Shown here: piece after piece, positions 35,518-45,057 of the stretch
Layout of the letters: each line of letters begins with the position of its first letter
How positions within the stretch are numbered: the stretch's first letter is position 1
Origin: Pikeienuella sp.
GTDB lineage: Bacteria > Pseudomonadota > Alphaproteobacteria > Rhodobacterales > Rhodobacteraceae
Reading direction: 5' to 3'
DNA length: 64,000 nt
NCBI GenBank assembly: GCA_050331335.1
Contig: JBHJGY010000050.1
Span: 1,521 to 65,520 of the forward strand
The notes under the pieces: generated by a model
Database searches by the model: none
What the model saw: only the letters and a program-made list of their open reading frames with translations
What the model was told of the DNA's origin: nothing
Position numbers and translations under genes: made by a program

Positions 35518-38475
35518 TCAGCGGTCCCAGGGCGCGCGGACCCCGCCTGCGCCGAGGCTTTCGGCAAGAAGCGTCGCCACATGGCGGGCTTCACGCGCGG
35601 CGCCGTGCGCGATCTGGTGGCGGCAGGACGTTCCGTCGGCCAGGATCACCGTTTCGGCATCCGCCGTGCGGATCCGGGGCAGGAGCGAGAGCTCGGCCAT
35701 AGCGCGCGAGGTCGCGGCGGTTTCGGCCTGGTATTGGAAGGCCCCCGCACCGCCGCAGCAGGATGACGGGATGAGCTCGACCTTAAGATCCGGGATCTGG
35801 GCCAGCAGCCGCTGCACGGGGCCCATTTGGTTGAAGGCCTTCTGATGGCAGTGTCCGTGAAGCAAGGCGCGACGGGCCTTGACCGGGCCGAGCGGCAGAT
35901 CGCGGCCCTGGGCGGGTAAACCCGCGAGATACTCCTCGAAGAGCATGATTTGTTGGCCGAACGCCTCCGGCCAGTCGTCGAGGAGCTGGGGCGCCTCGTC
36001 TCGGAACGTCAGCACGCAGGACGGCTCCAGGCCGACGACCACCCCGCCGGCGGCAAGATGTGCGCGCAGCGCTTGGGCGGTGCGGGCGATCTCGCGTCGG
36101 GCTTGGGGCGCGAGCCCGGCGGCCAGGAAGGTTCGCCCGCAGCAAAGCGGCCGCCTGCCGCGCCCGGGCGGCGTCGCGTGGCCCACCCTGAGCCCCAGGC
36201 GACGCAGCACCGCTTCCGCCGCGCGCAGGTTCCAAGGCTCGAAATAGCGGTTGAAGCTGTCGGCGAAGAGAAGGACGTCCACCGGCTCCGAGCCCGCCTC
36301 CGAGGTCGGGCGCCAGGCGTCCCAGGGCCAGCGGGGCAGGGGCCGGTCGGCCGCGAGCCCTAAAAGCCGTTCCATGGCCCCGGGCGCGCCCGGCATCCAG
36401 TGTTGCGCGTTCATCAAGGGCGGCAGAAAGCGCGCATAGGGCGCGTAGCGCGGCAACCAGGCGACCAAGCGCTCGCGCAGGCCGATGCCATGGGCCTTGG
36501 CCTGGGCCGCTTGCACCTCGATCTTCATCTTGGCCATGTCGACGCCCGTGGGGCATTCGCGCCGGCACGCCTTGCAGGAGACGCAGAGCTTCATCGTGTC
36601 GGCCATCTGGGGCGAGGTCAGCGCGTCCTCCCCGAGCTGGCCCGACATCGCCAGCCGCAGCGAATTTGCCCGGCCGCGGACAAGATCGCGCTCGTCGCGG
36701 GTGACTCTGTAGGACGGGCACATGACGCCGTCGCCGATTTTCCGACAAGCGCCGTTGTTGTTGCACATCTCCACGGCGCCCTGCAGCCCGCGCCCCGCCC
36801 CCTCGAAGCCGGGCCAATCGAAGACGGTGTCGATGTCGTCCCAGCGGTAGTCGGGCCGGTATCGCAACAGGCTGCGGTCGTCCATCCTCGGCGGGTCGAC
36901 GACGCGGCCCGGATTGAGCAGGCCGTCGGGGTCCATCCGTGCCTTGACCCGGCGCCAAAGGCCGACGAGCCGCGGCCCGAACATCTCCTCGTGGAACTCC
37001 GAGCGCACGATCCCGTCGCCATGCTCGCCGGAATGCGTGCCCTTGTAGGCGCGCACCATCTCGAAGGTCTCCTCGGCGATCGCGCGCAGGGCCCGGACCC
37101 CGGCCTCTTGCTTGAGGTTGAGCACCGGGCGGACGTGAAGGGTGCCCACCGAGGCATGGGCATAGAAGGTGCCGGAGACCCCGTGGCGGTCGAAGATCCC
37201 TTGCAGCCGGTCCGTGTAGGCGGCGAGATCCGGCAATGCCACGCAGCAATCTTCGATGAAGGAGACGGGTTTGCCCTCGGACTTCATCGACATCATGATG
37301 TTGAGGCCTTGCTTGCGGACCTCGATGATCTCTTTTTGAAAGGCTGGATCCACCGCCTCGACAACGCCGCCGACACCCTTGCGGCCGCCGTCCCAAGCGA
37401 AGCCGAGCTCAGCCATCAGATCCCCGAGCCCCGAGAGCCGATGGAGGTTCTCTGCCTCGTCCGCTTCGGCGAATTCGACGATGAGGAGCGCGTCCGGGGT
37501 GCCCCGGGTGAAGCGATCGACGGCGCTGCGAAAGAGCGGGATCTCCCTGGCAAGCTCCAGGATCGTCCGGTCGAAGAGTTCAACTGCGGTCGGACCGAGC
37601 GTCACGATATGCTGCACGGCGTCCATCGCAGCGTAGAAGGAGGGGAAGTGACAGACACCCAGAACCTTCTCCGTGGGCAGCTTGGAGAGCTTGAGGGTGA
37701 TGCGCTCGGAGAAGGCGAGGGTTCCCTCGGAGCCCACGAGCAGCGTCGCCAGATTGGGGCGGGCGGCCAAAAGGGCGTCGGTGTTGTAGCCGCCGACATT
37801 GCGCGGGACAGTCGGCCAGCGGGCGCGGATCTCGTCGCTCTCTGCGCGGGCGAGCGCCAGCAGATCGCGAAACAGCGCATCGGCGGGGGTGTTGCCGAGG
37901 GTGTCCGGGTCGGTTTCGGCAAAGCGTGCGCGGCTGCCATCGGCGAGGAGTGCGTCGATCGCCAGCACGTTGTCGCGGCTCATGCCATATCGGATCGACC
38001 GCGCGCCGCACGAGTTGTTGGCCGTCATGCCTCCGAGCGTGGCGCGCGAGGAGGTGGAGACGTCGACCGGGTACCACAGCCCGTACGGCTTCAACGCAGC
38101 ATTGAGCTGATCGAGCACCACGCCGGGCTCGACGGTGGCGGTTTGCGCCTCGGGGTCGATCTCTAGGATGCGGTTCATCCGTTTGGAAAGGTCCAGGACC
38201 ACGGCGTCATTCACCGTCTGTCCGCATTGCGATGTGCCGCCGCCGCGGGGCAGGAGCGGCACGCGTTCGTCGCGGGCGATCTCGAGGGCGGCCGCCACAT
38301 CGTCGCCGCTCTGAGGCACAACAACCGCGCGGGGGGCGATTTGGTAAATGGATGCGTCCGTTGCATAGCGCCCGAGATCGAAGGGCGAGGCGAGGACCGG
38401 GCCGCGGACCGCGCGGGCGAGCCGCTTGGTCAGCTGATCGTCCCGCCTGTCTCGAATAGCCATGTTTGCCGACAT
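35518..38475 (-). CDS. FAD-binding and Fe-S-binding oxidoreductase (GlcD/GlcF fusion, YdiJ-like 2-hydroxyacid dehydrogenase)
   Basis: YATDASIY, PRGGGTSQCGQ, GSEGTL, HASVG.LHVRP, SGEHGDG, CNNNGAC, CVSCKAC..ECP, HGHCHQKA, CCGGAG, GTSCRHQI. Confidence 0.92.
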   Translation of the reverse strand: MSANMAIRDRRDDQLTKRLARAVRGPVLASPFDLGRYATDASIYQIAPRAVVVPQSGDDVAAALEIARDERVPLLPRGGGTSQCGQTVNDAVVLDLSKRMNRILEIDPEAQTATVEPGVVLDQLNAALKPYGLWYPVDVSTSSRATLGGMTANNSCGARSIRYGMSRDNVLAIDALLADGSRARFAETDPDTLGNTPADALFRDLLALARAESDEIRARWPTVPRNVGGYNTDALLAARPNLATLLVGSEGTLAFSERITLKLSKLPTEKVLGVCHFPSFYAAMDAVQHIVTLGPTAVELFDRTILELAREIPLFRSAVDRFTRGTPDALLIVEFAEADEAENLHRLSGLGDLMAELGFAWDGGRKGVGGVVEAVDPAFQKEIIEVRKQGLNIMMSMKSEGKPVSFIEDCCVALPDLAAYTDRLQGIFDRHGVSGTFYAHASVGTLHVRPVLNLKQEAGVRALRAIAEETFEMVRAYKGTHSGEHGDGIVRSEFHEEMFGPRLVGLWRRVKARMDPDGLLNPGRVVDPPRMDDRSLLRYRPDYRWDDIDTVFDWPGFEGAGRGLQGAVEMCNNNGACRKIGDGVMCPSYRVTRDERDLVRGRANSLRLAMSGQLGEDALTSPQMADTMKLCVSCKACRRECPTGVDMAKMKIEVQAAQAKAHGIGLRERLVAWLPRYAPYARFLPPLMNAQHWMPGAPGAMERLLGLAADRPLPRWPWDAWRPTSEAGSEPVDVLLFADSFNRYFEPWNLRAAEAVLRRLGLRVGHATPPGRGRRPLCCGRTFLAAGLAPQARREIARTAQALRAHLAAGGVVVGLEPSCVLTFRDEAPQLLDDWPEAFGQQIMLFEEYLAGLPAQGRDLPLGPVKARRALLHGHCHQKAFNQMGPVQRLLAQIPDLKVELIPSSCCGGAGAFQYQAETAATSRAMAELSLLPRIRTADAETVILADGTSCRHQIAHGAAREARHVATLLAESLGAGGVRAPWDR

Positions 38476-38494
38476 TGACACGCGTCTCCCGCTC

Positions 38495-38514
38495 GTATTC
38501 TGTATACGAAATAC
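38495..38514. promoter_or_regulatory. Putative GntR operator in the divergent promoter
   Basis: GTATTCTGTATACGAAATAC is 16/20 self-complementary with a central GTATAC; TTGACA at 38475-38480. Confidence 0.6.
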
Positions 38515-38585
38515 AGCATGGGCGGCATCGGGACACAAGACCCGGGGCGGCCGGGCAAGCATTGAAAACAGGCGGGAGGCGAGGG

Positions 38586-39779
38586 ATGGCCGAGAAGCGC
38601 TACAAGGCGGGGCGGCACATGCTGCAAATCCCCGGGCCGAGCAACACGCCGGACCGGATCTTGCGGGCCATGGACAACGCTGTGATGGACCATCGCGGCC
38701 CCGATTTCGCCGATCTCGGCCACCGCGCGCTCGAGGGCATGCAATCGATTTTCCGCACCGAGCACCCCGTGGTCATCTTTCCTGCCTCGGGCACCGGTGC
38801 GTGGGAGGCGGCGCTCGTCAACACGCTTTCCGCCGGCGACAAGGTGCTGATGTACGAAACCGGCCATTTCGCCGCGCTTTGGGCAAAGCTCGCGCGGCGC
38901 ATCGGTCTGGAGCCAGAGGTTATCGAGGGCGACTGGCGATCGGGCGCCGATGCCGAGGCCATCGGGGCGCGTCTCGCGCAGGACACGGGTCACGAGATCA
39001 AGGCGGTCTGCGTCGTGCACAACGAGACCTCTACGGGCTCTGTCTCGCCGATCGAGGACGTGCGACAGGCGATCGACGCGACGGGTCATCCGGCGCTGTT
39101 CATGGTCGACACGATCTCGGGGCTCGCCTCGATCCCCTATGAGCACGACGGCTGGGGTGTGGATGTGACCGTCTCGGGCAGTCAAAAGGGGCTGATGCTG
39201 CCGCCAGGGCTGTCTTTCAACGCGCTCTCGCCCAAGGCAATCGCCGCAAGTGAAGCTTCCACTCTGCCGAAGTCTTACTGGGCATGGGATGAGATGCTGG
39301 GGCCCAACGCCAAGGGTTACTTCCCTTACACGCCGGCGACCAACATGCTGTACGGCCTCGTCGAGGCGATCGACATGCTCCACGAGGAAGGGCTGGAGAA
39401 TGTGTTCGCGCGCCATGCCCGCCACGCCGCGGCCACCCGCGCTGCGGTTCGTGCTTGGGGGCTCGAGGTTCTCTGTGCGCGGCAGGGCCACGAATCGGGC
39501 GTGTTGACGGCCGTCCTGCTGCCAGAGGGCCAGTCGGCGGACGGCTTCCGCGCCGTGACGCTCGAGCACTTCGATCTTTCGTTGGGCAACGGGCTGTCGA
39601 AAGTCGCCGACAAGGTCTTCCGCATCGGCCATCTCGGCGACTTCAACGATCTGATGCTGATGGCAACCCTCTCAGGCGTCGAGATGGGTCTCGCCAAAGC
39701 CGGGGTCCCGCACAGCCAGGGCGGGGTGATGGCCGCCATGGAGCACCTGAATTCCACGCCTGCGCCGCACGCTGCGTGA
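38586..39779 (+). CDS. Class V PLP aminotransferase (serine/alanine-glyoxylate aminotransferase-like)
   Basis: GRH.LQIPGP.N.PDRIL, DHRGP.F, SGTGAWEAAL.N, VHNETSTG, DTISG, GSQKGL.LPPG, FRIGHLG. Confidence 0.93.
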   Translation: MAEKRYKAGRHMLQIPGPSNTPDRILRAMDNAVMDHRGPDFADLGHRALEGMQSIFRTEHPVVIFPASGTGAWEAALVNTLSAGDKVLMYETGHFAALWAKLARRIGLEPEVIEGDWRSGADAEAIGARLAQDTGHEIKAVCVVHNETSTGSVSPIEDVRQAIDATGHPALFMVDTISGLASIPYEHDGWGVDVTVSGSQKGLMLPPGLSFNALSPKAIAASEASTLPKSYWAWDEMLGPNAKGYFPYTPATNMLYGLVEAIDMLHEEGLENVFARHARHAAATRAAVRAWGLEVLCARQGHESGVLTAVLLPEGQSADGFRAVTLEHFDLSLGNGLSKVADKVFRIGHLGDFNDLMLMATLSGVEMGLAKAGVPHSQGGVMAAMEHLNSTPAPHAA

Positions 39780-39930
39780 GCCTGCCGGTTTGTGGCGAAA
39801 TGCCGCGCTTTGCGCTCGCAATCGGACGGAAAGGACGCTAAACGCAAGGCGGGTCGCAAGAAACCCGCGCAGACGCATAAAAATGCGGGCCGCGGGCGCG
39901 GCCGCCAGAACGACAACAAGGGAGAAGACC

Positions 39931-40908
39931 ATGATCCGAACCACCGCTCTCGCCGCCATTGCCGCCATCGTGGCGGGCACCGCCGCGACCGCTGCCGACC
40001 TCACCCTGCGCTTCGGCCATGTCGGCCAACCGGGCTCGCTTTTCGAGGCCTCTGCCGATGCGTTCGCCCAGTGTGCGAATGACGAACTGGCCGGTTCAGC
40101 CGAGGTCCAGACCTTTGGCGCCTCCCAACTCGGCAAGGACCGTGAGCTGCTGCAGAAGCTCAAGCTCGGTCAGGTCCACTTCGCGCTGCCCTCTTCGGTG
40201 ATGTCTTCGGTCGACGACACCTTCGGCATCTTCGAGATGCCCTACATCATCAAAGACCGTGAGCACATGAAGCGGGTGATCGATGCGCTCGGCGATACGT
40301 TCCAAGAGGCGGCGCAGCGCAACGGCTACCGTATCATCGGCTATTTCGAGAACGGCTTCCGGAACATCACCAACAACACCCGTCCGATCACCAAGCCGGA
40401 GGATCTCGCCGGCATCAAGCTGCGCACCCCGCGCGGCGCTTGGCGGGTCAAGATGTTTGAGCTCTACGGCGCGAACCCCACGCCGATGGCCTTCTCCGAA
40501 GTGTTCACCGCGCTCAAAACCGGCGTGATCGACGGCCAGGAGAACCCCTACGCCCAAATCGCCTCGGCACGCTTCCAGGAAGTGCAGGAATACCTGTCGA
40601 TCACGGGCCACGTATATACGCCGGCTTATGTCCTGGTGTCCGAACGCCACTTCTCGGCGCTGCCCGAGGAGGTGCAGGTGGCACTCGAGACCTGTGGCAG
40701 CCAGACCCAGGACTTCGTTTACGAAACCGCCGCCCAGCTCGAGATCGATCTCCTTAAAGTGATCGAAGAGGCCGGCGTGCAGATCAACGAGGCCGACAAG
40801 GAGGCCTTCATTGCGGCCTCCCAGCCGATCTATGCGGAGTTCGCCGCCGAAGTCGACGGCGCCCAGGAGATGATCGACACTGTGATGTCGCTCGCCTCGG
40901 GCTCCTGA
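39931..40908 (+). CDS. dctP: TRAP transporter substrate-binding protein DctP
   Basis: Signal peptide, SQLG.D, ENGFRNITN, DL.G.KLR.P, GANPTPMAFSEV.TAL.TGVIDGQENP. Confidence 0.94.
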   Translation: MIRTTALAAIAAIVAGTAATAADLTLRFGHVGQPGSLFEASADAFAQCANDELAGSAEVQTFGASQLGKDRELLQKLKLGQVHFALPSSVMSSVDDTFGIFEMPYIIKDREHMKRVIDALGDTFQEAAQRNGYRIIGYFENGFRNITNNTRPITKPEDLAGIKLRTPRGAWRVKMFELYGANPTPMAFSEVFTALKTGVIDGQENPYAQIASARFQEVQEYLSITGHVYTPAYVLVSERHFSALPEEVQVALETCGSQTQDFVYETAAQLEIDLLKVIEEAGVQINEADKEAFIAASQPIYAEFAAEVDGAQEMIDTVMSLASGS

Positions 40909-40971
40909 TCCAACGCTGATCCCCGCTCCCTCGGGCGCTGTCCCGGGGGCGCGCCGGCTTAGGTTTCCGCC

Positions 40972-41547
40972 ATGCTCAAGCTCGCCCATCGCGGCCTCGA
41001 GGCGCTCCTCGAATGGGTCGTGATCTTGCTGATGGTCACGCTCACCGTCATCGTGATGGTGGCGGTCCTATTTCGCTTCGCCGGCGACAGCCTCACCTGG
41101 TACGATGAGGTGGCGGCGATCCTGTTGTCGTGGATCACCTATTACGGGTCGGCGCTGGCGGCGCTGAAACGGCGGCATATCGGCTTCGACACCGTTCTTC
41201 TCGGCATCCCGATGCCCTACCGGATGGGGGCGCTGATCCTCGCGGAGATCGCGGTCATCTGGTTCTTCTACATTCTGTGCGTCACCGGCATGGAGGTTCT
41301 GGCGGTGCTCGAGGGCATGAGCCTCGACAGCCTCACCTGGGTACCTGTGCAGTTCACCCAATCGGTGATCCCTATTGGCGCCGCGCTCTTTATCCTCTGC
41401 GAACTGGTGTCGTTGCCTGAGTATTGGCGTCAGACCGCCGCGGGGGTCTCGCTCGAGCATGCCGAGATCGAGGAAGAGGTCGAGCACGAACTCGAGGCTG
41501 CGCGCACCCACCGCCCCGACGCTTTCGACCGGAGCCCGCGCCCATGA
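40972..41547 (+). CDS. dctQ: TRAP transporter small permease DctQ
   Basis: V.FR...SLTWYDEVA, HIG.D; four TM helices. Confidence 0.9.
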   Translation: MLKLAHRGLEALLEWVVILLMVTLTVIVMVAVLFRFAGDSLTWYDEVAAILLSWITYYGSALAALKRRHIGFDTVLLGIPMPYRMGALILAEIAVIWFFYILCVTGMEVLAVLEGMSLDSLTWVPVQFTQSVIPIGAALFILCELVSLPEYWRQTAAGVSLEHAEIEEEVEHELEAARTHRPDAFDRSPRP

Positions 41548-43043
41548 AAGTCGTGCTCGTCATCCTCGGGGCGATAGCCTGCCTCACCGCCGGCTACCTA
41601 ACTGCCGTCGCCCTCGACCCTTCGCTCTATTCCGAGGCCGCGCTGATCCCGGTGATCTTTGCCACGCTGGTGGTGCTGATCTGCCTCAACATCCCGATCG
41701 CCGTGGCGCTCGCCATCTCGGCGATCCTCGGCCTGGTGCTGACCGAGGGGACCTCGAGCATCGTCACCGTCGCCCTCGACATGTATGACGGGTCGACGAA
41801 GTTCTCGCTGATCGCCATTCCGATGTTCGTCCTTGCCGGCGCGATCATGAACGCAGGCGGTGTCACCGATCGGCTGATCAATTTCGTCGCCGCGCTGATC
41901 GGGTTCGTTCGCGGCGGGCTTGCGATGGTGAATATCGGCGTTTCCTTGTTTTTCGCCGAGATTTCCGGCAGCGCCGTGGCCGATGTCGCCGCGATGGGCT
42001 CGATCCTGATCCCGCAGATGAAGAAGCGCGGCTACAAGGCGCCCTTCGCAGCGGCGGTCACGTCGTCCTCGGCATCGCTGGCGATCATCATCCCGCCGTC
42101 GATCCCGATGATCCTCTATGCCACCTCGGCTCAGGACACGTCGGTAGAGGAGCTTTTCGTGGCCGGCATCGTCCCGGGGGTTCTCGGGGCGGCTGGGCTG
42201 ATGTTCGTCGCTTGGCTCTTCGCGCGCAAATACAATCTCCCAACCGAGGAGGCCTTCAACCTCCGTCGCCTGCGCGAGACCTTCCTCGAGGCGCTGCCGG
42301 CCTTCTCGCTGCCGGTCATCATTCTTGGTGGCATCTTCGGCGGCTTCGTCACGGCGACCGAGGCGGCGGGCCTGGCGGTGCTGGCGGCACTGCTCGTCAG
42401 CGGCTGGCATTCGGCGGAGGACGATGTGAAGGCCCGGCTTGCCGCGGCCCGGGCGGACGGCGCCTCCCTCGGGCGCCGCGTCGGCGTGGTGCTTTACGGC
42501 GCGCGGCGGATCCTGACCGGCGGCTTTGCCGAGCGCGAGAACCGGCGCCATCTGCGCAAGGCTATGCTCGACGGCGGCATGCAGACGGCGGTGGTCATGC
42601 TTCTCGTCGCCGCCTCTGTTCTGATGGGGGGCTTTCTCACCCGCGCTCAGGTGCCCCAGGACCTCGCCGCCTGGCTTCTCGGCATCACCCAGAACAAATG
42701 GGTGATCCTGCTCATTCTGAACTTCTTCTTCCTGGTGATCGGCTGCTTCCTGCACTCGGCGGCGGCGATCATCTTGGTGGTTCCGATCGTCATGCCGCTG
42801 ATCATCGCGGCGGATATCGACCCGGTCCATTTCGGCTTGGTGGTGACGCTGAACCTCGCCATCGGCCAGCAGACACCGCCCGTCGCTTCCGTGTTGATCA
42901 CCGCCTGTGCCGTGGCGCGTGCCAATATCTGGGATGTGACGAAGGTAAATATCTACTTCATCGCGGTGCTAATGACGGTGCTTTTGCTGTGCACCTATGT
43001 GCCGTCGGTCCCGCTCTTCCTCGTCGAGTATTTCTACAGGTGA
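41544..43043 (+). CDS. dctM: TRAP transporter large permease DctM
   Basis: LIAIPMFVLAG.IM, SGSAVAD, IIPPSIPMILY, TATEA, IDPVHFG, GQQTPPV. Confidence 0.94.
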   Translation: MKVVLVILGAIACLTAGYLTAVALDPSLYSEAALIPVIFATLVVLICLNIPIAVALAISAILGLVLTEGTSSIVTVALDMYDGSTKFSLIAIPMFVLAGAIMNAGGVTDRLINFVAALIGFVRGGLAMVNIGVSLFFAEISGSAVADVAAMGSILIPQMKKRGYKAPFAAAVTSSSASLAIIIPPSIPMILYATSAQDTSVEELFVAGIVPGVLGAAGLMFVAWLFARKYNLPTEEAFNLRRLRETFLEALPAFSLPVIILGGIFGGFVTATEAAGLAVLAALLVSGWHSAEDDVKARLAAARADGASLGRRVGVVLYGARRILTGGFAERENRRHLRKAMLDGGMQTAVVMLLVAASVLMGGFLTRAQVPQDLAAWLLGITQNKWVILLILNFFFLVIGCFLHSAAAIILVVPIVMPLIIAADIDPVHFGLVVTLNLAIGQQTPPVASVLITACAVARANIWDVTKVNIYFIAVLMTVLLLCTYVPSVPLFLVEYFYR

Positions 43044-43048
43044 CCGGT

Positions 43049-43828
43049 ATGGACGCTGAATTGCTGCATGAGACGGCGGACGGGATTGCCACCGTCACCC
43101 TCAATCGGCCCGAGGCCCGCAACGCGATGACCTTCGCGATGTATGAGGGGCTTGCTTCGGCCTGCCGCTCGGTGCCGACCGACGGTTCGATCAAGGCGGT
43201 GATCATCCGCGGCGGGGGCGACCGGGCCTTCGCTGCCGGAACCGATATGACCCAGTTCCGCAGCTTCGAGACCGAGGCCGACGCCCTTGGCTATGAGCGC
43301 AAGATGGACGGGGTGCTGACCGATATCGAGCGCTGCCCGGTGCCGACCATCGCCGCCATCGCCGGCGCCTGCACCGGCGGGGGCGCGGCCATCGCAGCGG
43401 CCTGTGACCTCCGGATCAGCGACGCCCGGCTCAAATTCGGCTTTCCCATCGCGCGCACCCTCGGAAACTGCCTCTCCATCGGCAATCTCGATCGGCTGGC
43501 GGCGCTGATCGGCCAGGGACGGCTGCGCGAGATCCTTTTCACCGCGCGGCTGATCGAGGCGGAGGAAGCACGCGTTATCGGCCTGGTCGCCGAGGTGCTG
43601 CCGGATGCCGACGCCGTTTTCGCCCGGGCTCGCGCGCTCGCGCAGCAGCTGGCCACCCATGCACCGCTCACGCTGCGCGCCACCAAGGAAGGGTTGCGGC
43701 GGCTGCGTCTCGAGGGCGCCCAGGCCGACGGGTCGGACCTCATTCTCTCCACCTATCTCTCGGCTGATTTCAAGGAGGGTCTCGAGGCCTTTCTCGCCAA
43801 GCGCCAGCCGATCTGGCGGGGCGAATGA
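43049..43828 (+). CDS. Enoyl-CoA hydratase/isomerase (crotonase) family protein
   Basis: TLNRPEARNAM, AFAAGTD, GACTGGG, ACDLRI, SADFKEG..AFLAKR.P.W.G. Confidence 0.92.
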   Translation: MDAELLHETADGIATVTLNRPEARNAMTFAMYEGLASACRSVPTDGSIKAVIIRGGGDRAFAAGTDMTQFRSFETEADALGYERKMDGVLTDIERCPVPTIAAIAGACTGGGAAIAAACDLRISDARLKFGFPIARTLGNCLSIGNLDRLAALIGQGRLREILFTARLIEAEEARVIGLVAEVLPDADAVFARARALAQQLATHAPLTLRATKEGLRRLRLEGAQADGSDLILSTYLSADFKEGLEAFLAKRQPIWRGE

Positions 43829-45054
43829 CGGGGGCCGGGCCGGGGAAGGGACCGCTGGCGGGCCTCAAGGTCGTCGAGCTCGCCCATATCATGGCCGGCC
43901 CCGTCTGCGGGCTGATGCTCGCCGATATGGGCGCCGATGTGGTGAAGGTGGAGAAGCCCGCCGGCGATGACACACGGCGCATGGTGCCGCCCATGATCGC
44001 GGGTGAGAGCGCGGCCTATATGATGATGAACCGGGGCAAGCGGGGGATCGCGTTCGATCTCAAGCAGGCGCGGGCGCGGGAGGCGTTGGGGCGGCTGCTC
44101 GACCGGGCGGATATCGTCGTCGAGAACTACCGGCTCGGGACGATGGCAAAGCTCGGGCTCTCCTGGGAGGTGTTGTCGGCGCGCAATCCGGGGCTTATCC
44201 AGGTGGAAATCTCGGGCTTCGGGCGGACCGGGCCTTATGCCGATCGCGGCGGGTTCGATCTCATCGCTCAAGGCATGTCGGGGCTGATGGCAATCACCGG
44301 CGAGGCACCGGGCCGGCCGCCGGTGAAGGTGGGGGCGCCGGTCTCCGACATCACCGCGGGGATCCTCGGGGCAATGGGGGCCTGCGCGGCGCTCGAGCAT
44401 CGGCGGCAAACCGGGCGGGGCCAGCGCGTCGACACCTCGCTCTTCGAAGCCGCGATCACCCACACCTATTGGCAGTCGGCCATCGCCTTCGCCACGGGCC
44501 ACAGCCCGGGGGCGATGGGCTCGGCACATCCGCTCAACGCGCCCTATCAGGCCTTCGAGACAGCAGACGGGTGGATCTGTGTCGGCGCCGCCAATCAGGC
44601 GAATTGGGAGCGGCTCATCGCCCTCATCGGGGCCGAGGCGTTGGGGGCCGACCCACGCTTTGCTACCAATGCCGACCGGATGGCCCATCGGGGCGCGCTC
44701 GAGACGGCGCTCAACGCAATCTTCCGGGAGCGCAGCACGGCCGATTGGCTGGCCCTGCTTGCCGACGGCGGCATGCCCGCGGGTCCTGTGAACGCGATCG
44801 ACGAGATGCATGCGGACCCGCAGACGCGGGCGCGCGAGATGGTGGTCGCCGTGGACCACCCCGTTGCCGGGCAAGTCGAAACCCTGGGGCTGCCGGTTAA
44901 GTTCTCCGATAGCCCCGGGGCCGTTGCGGGACCGGCGCCGGTGCTGGGTCAGCACACCCGACAGGTGCTCGCTGAGTTGGGATATACGTCTGCCCAGATC
45001 GAGACGCTTGTCGCGGAGGGAGCCGCGATTGCCGCGACCCCCACTGGCTGCTGA
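43825..45054 (+). CDS. CoA-transferase family III (CaiB/BaiF)
   Basis: PLAGLKVVEL, LADMGADVVKVE, NRGKR, ENYR.G, GFD..AQ.MSG, catalytic Asp in VSDITAG, P.LGQHT. Confidence 0.94.
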   Translation: MTGAGPGKGPLAGLKVVELAHIMAGPVCGLMLADMGADVVKVEKPAGDDTRRMVPPMIAGESAAYMMMNRGKRGIAFDLKQARAREALGRLLDRADIVVENYRLGTMAKLGLSWEVLSARNPGLIQVEISGFGRTGPYADRGGFDLIAQGMSGLMAITGEAPGRPPVKVGAPVSDITAGILGAMGACAALEHRRQTGRGQRVDTSLFEAAITHTYWQSAIAFATGHSPGAMGSAHPLNAPYQAFETADGWICVGAANQANWERLIALIGAEALGADPRFATNADRMAHRGALETALNAIFRERSTADWLALLADGGMPAGPVNAIDEMHADPQTRAREMVVAVDHPVAGQVETLGLPVKFSDSPGAVAGPAPVLGQHTRQVLAELGYTSAQIETLVAEGAAIAATPTGC

Positions 45055-45057
45055 GCC

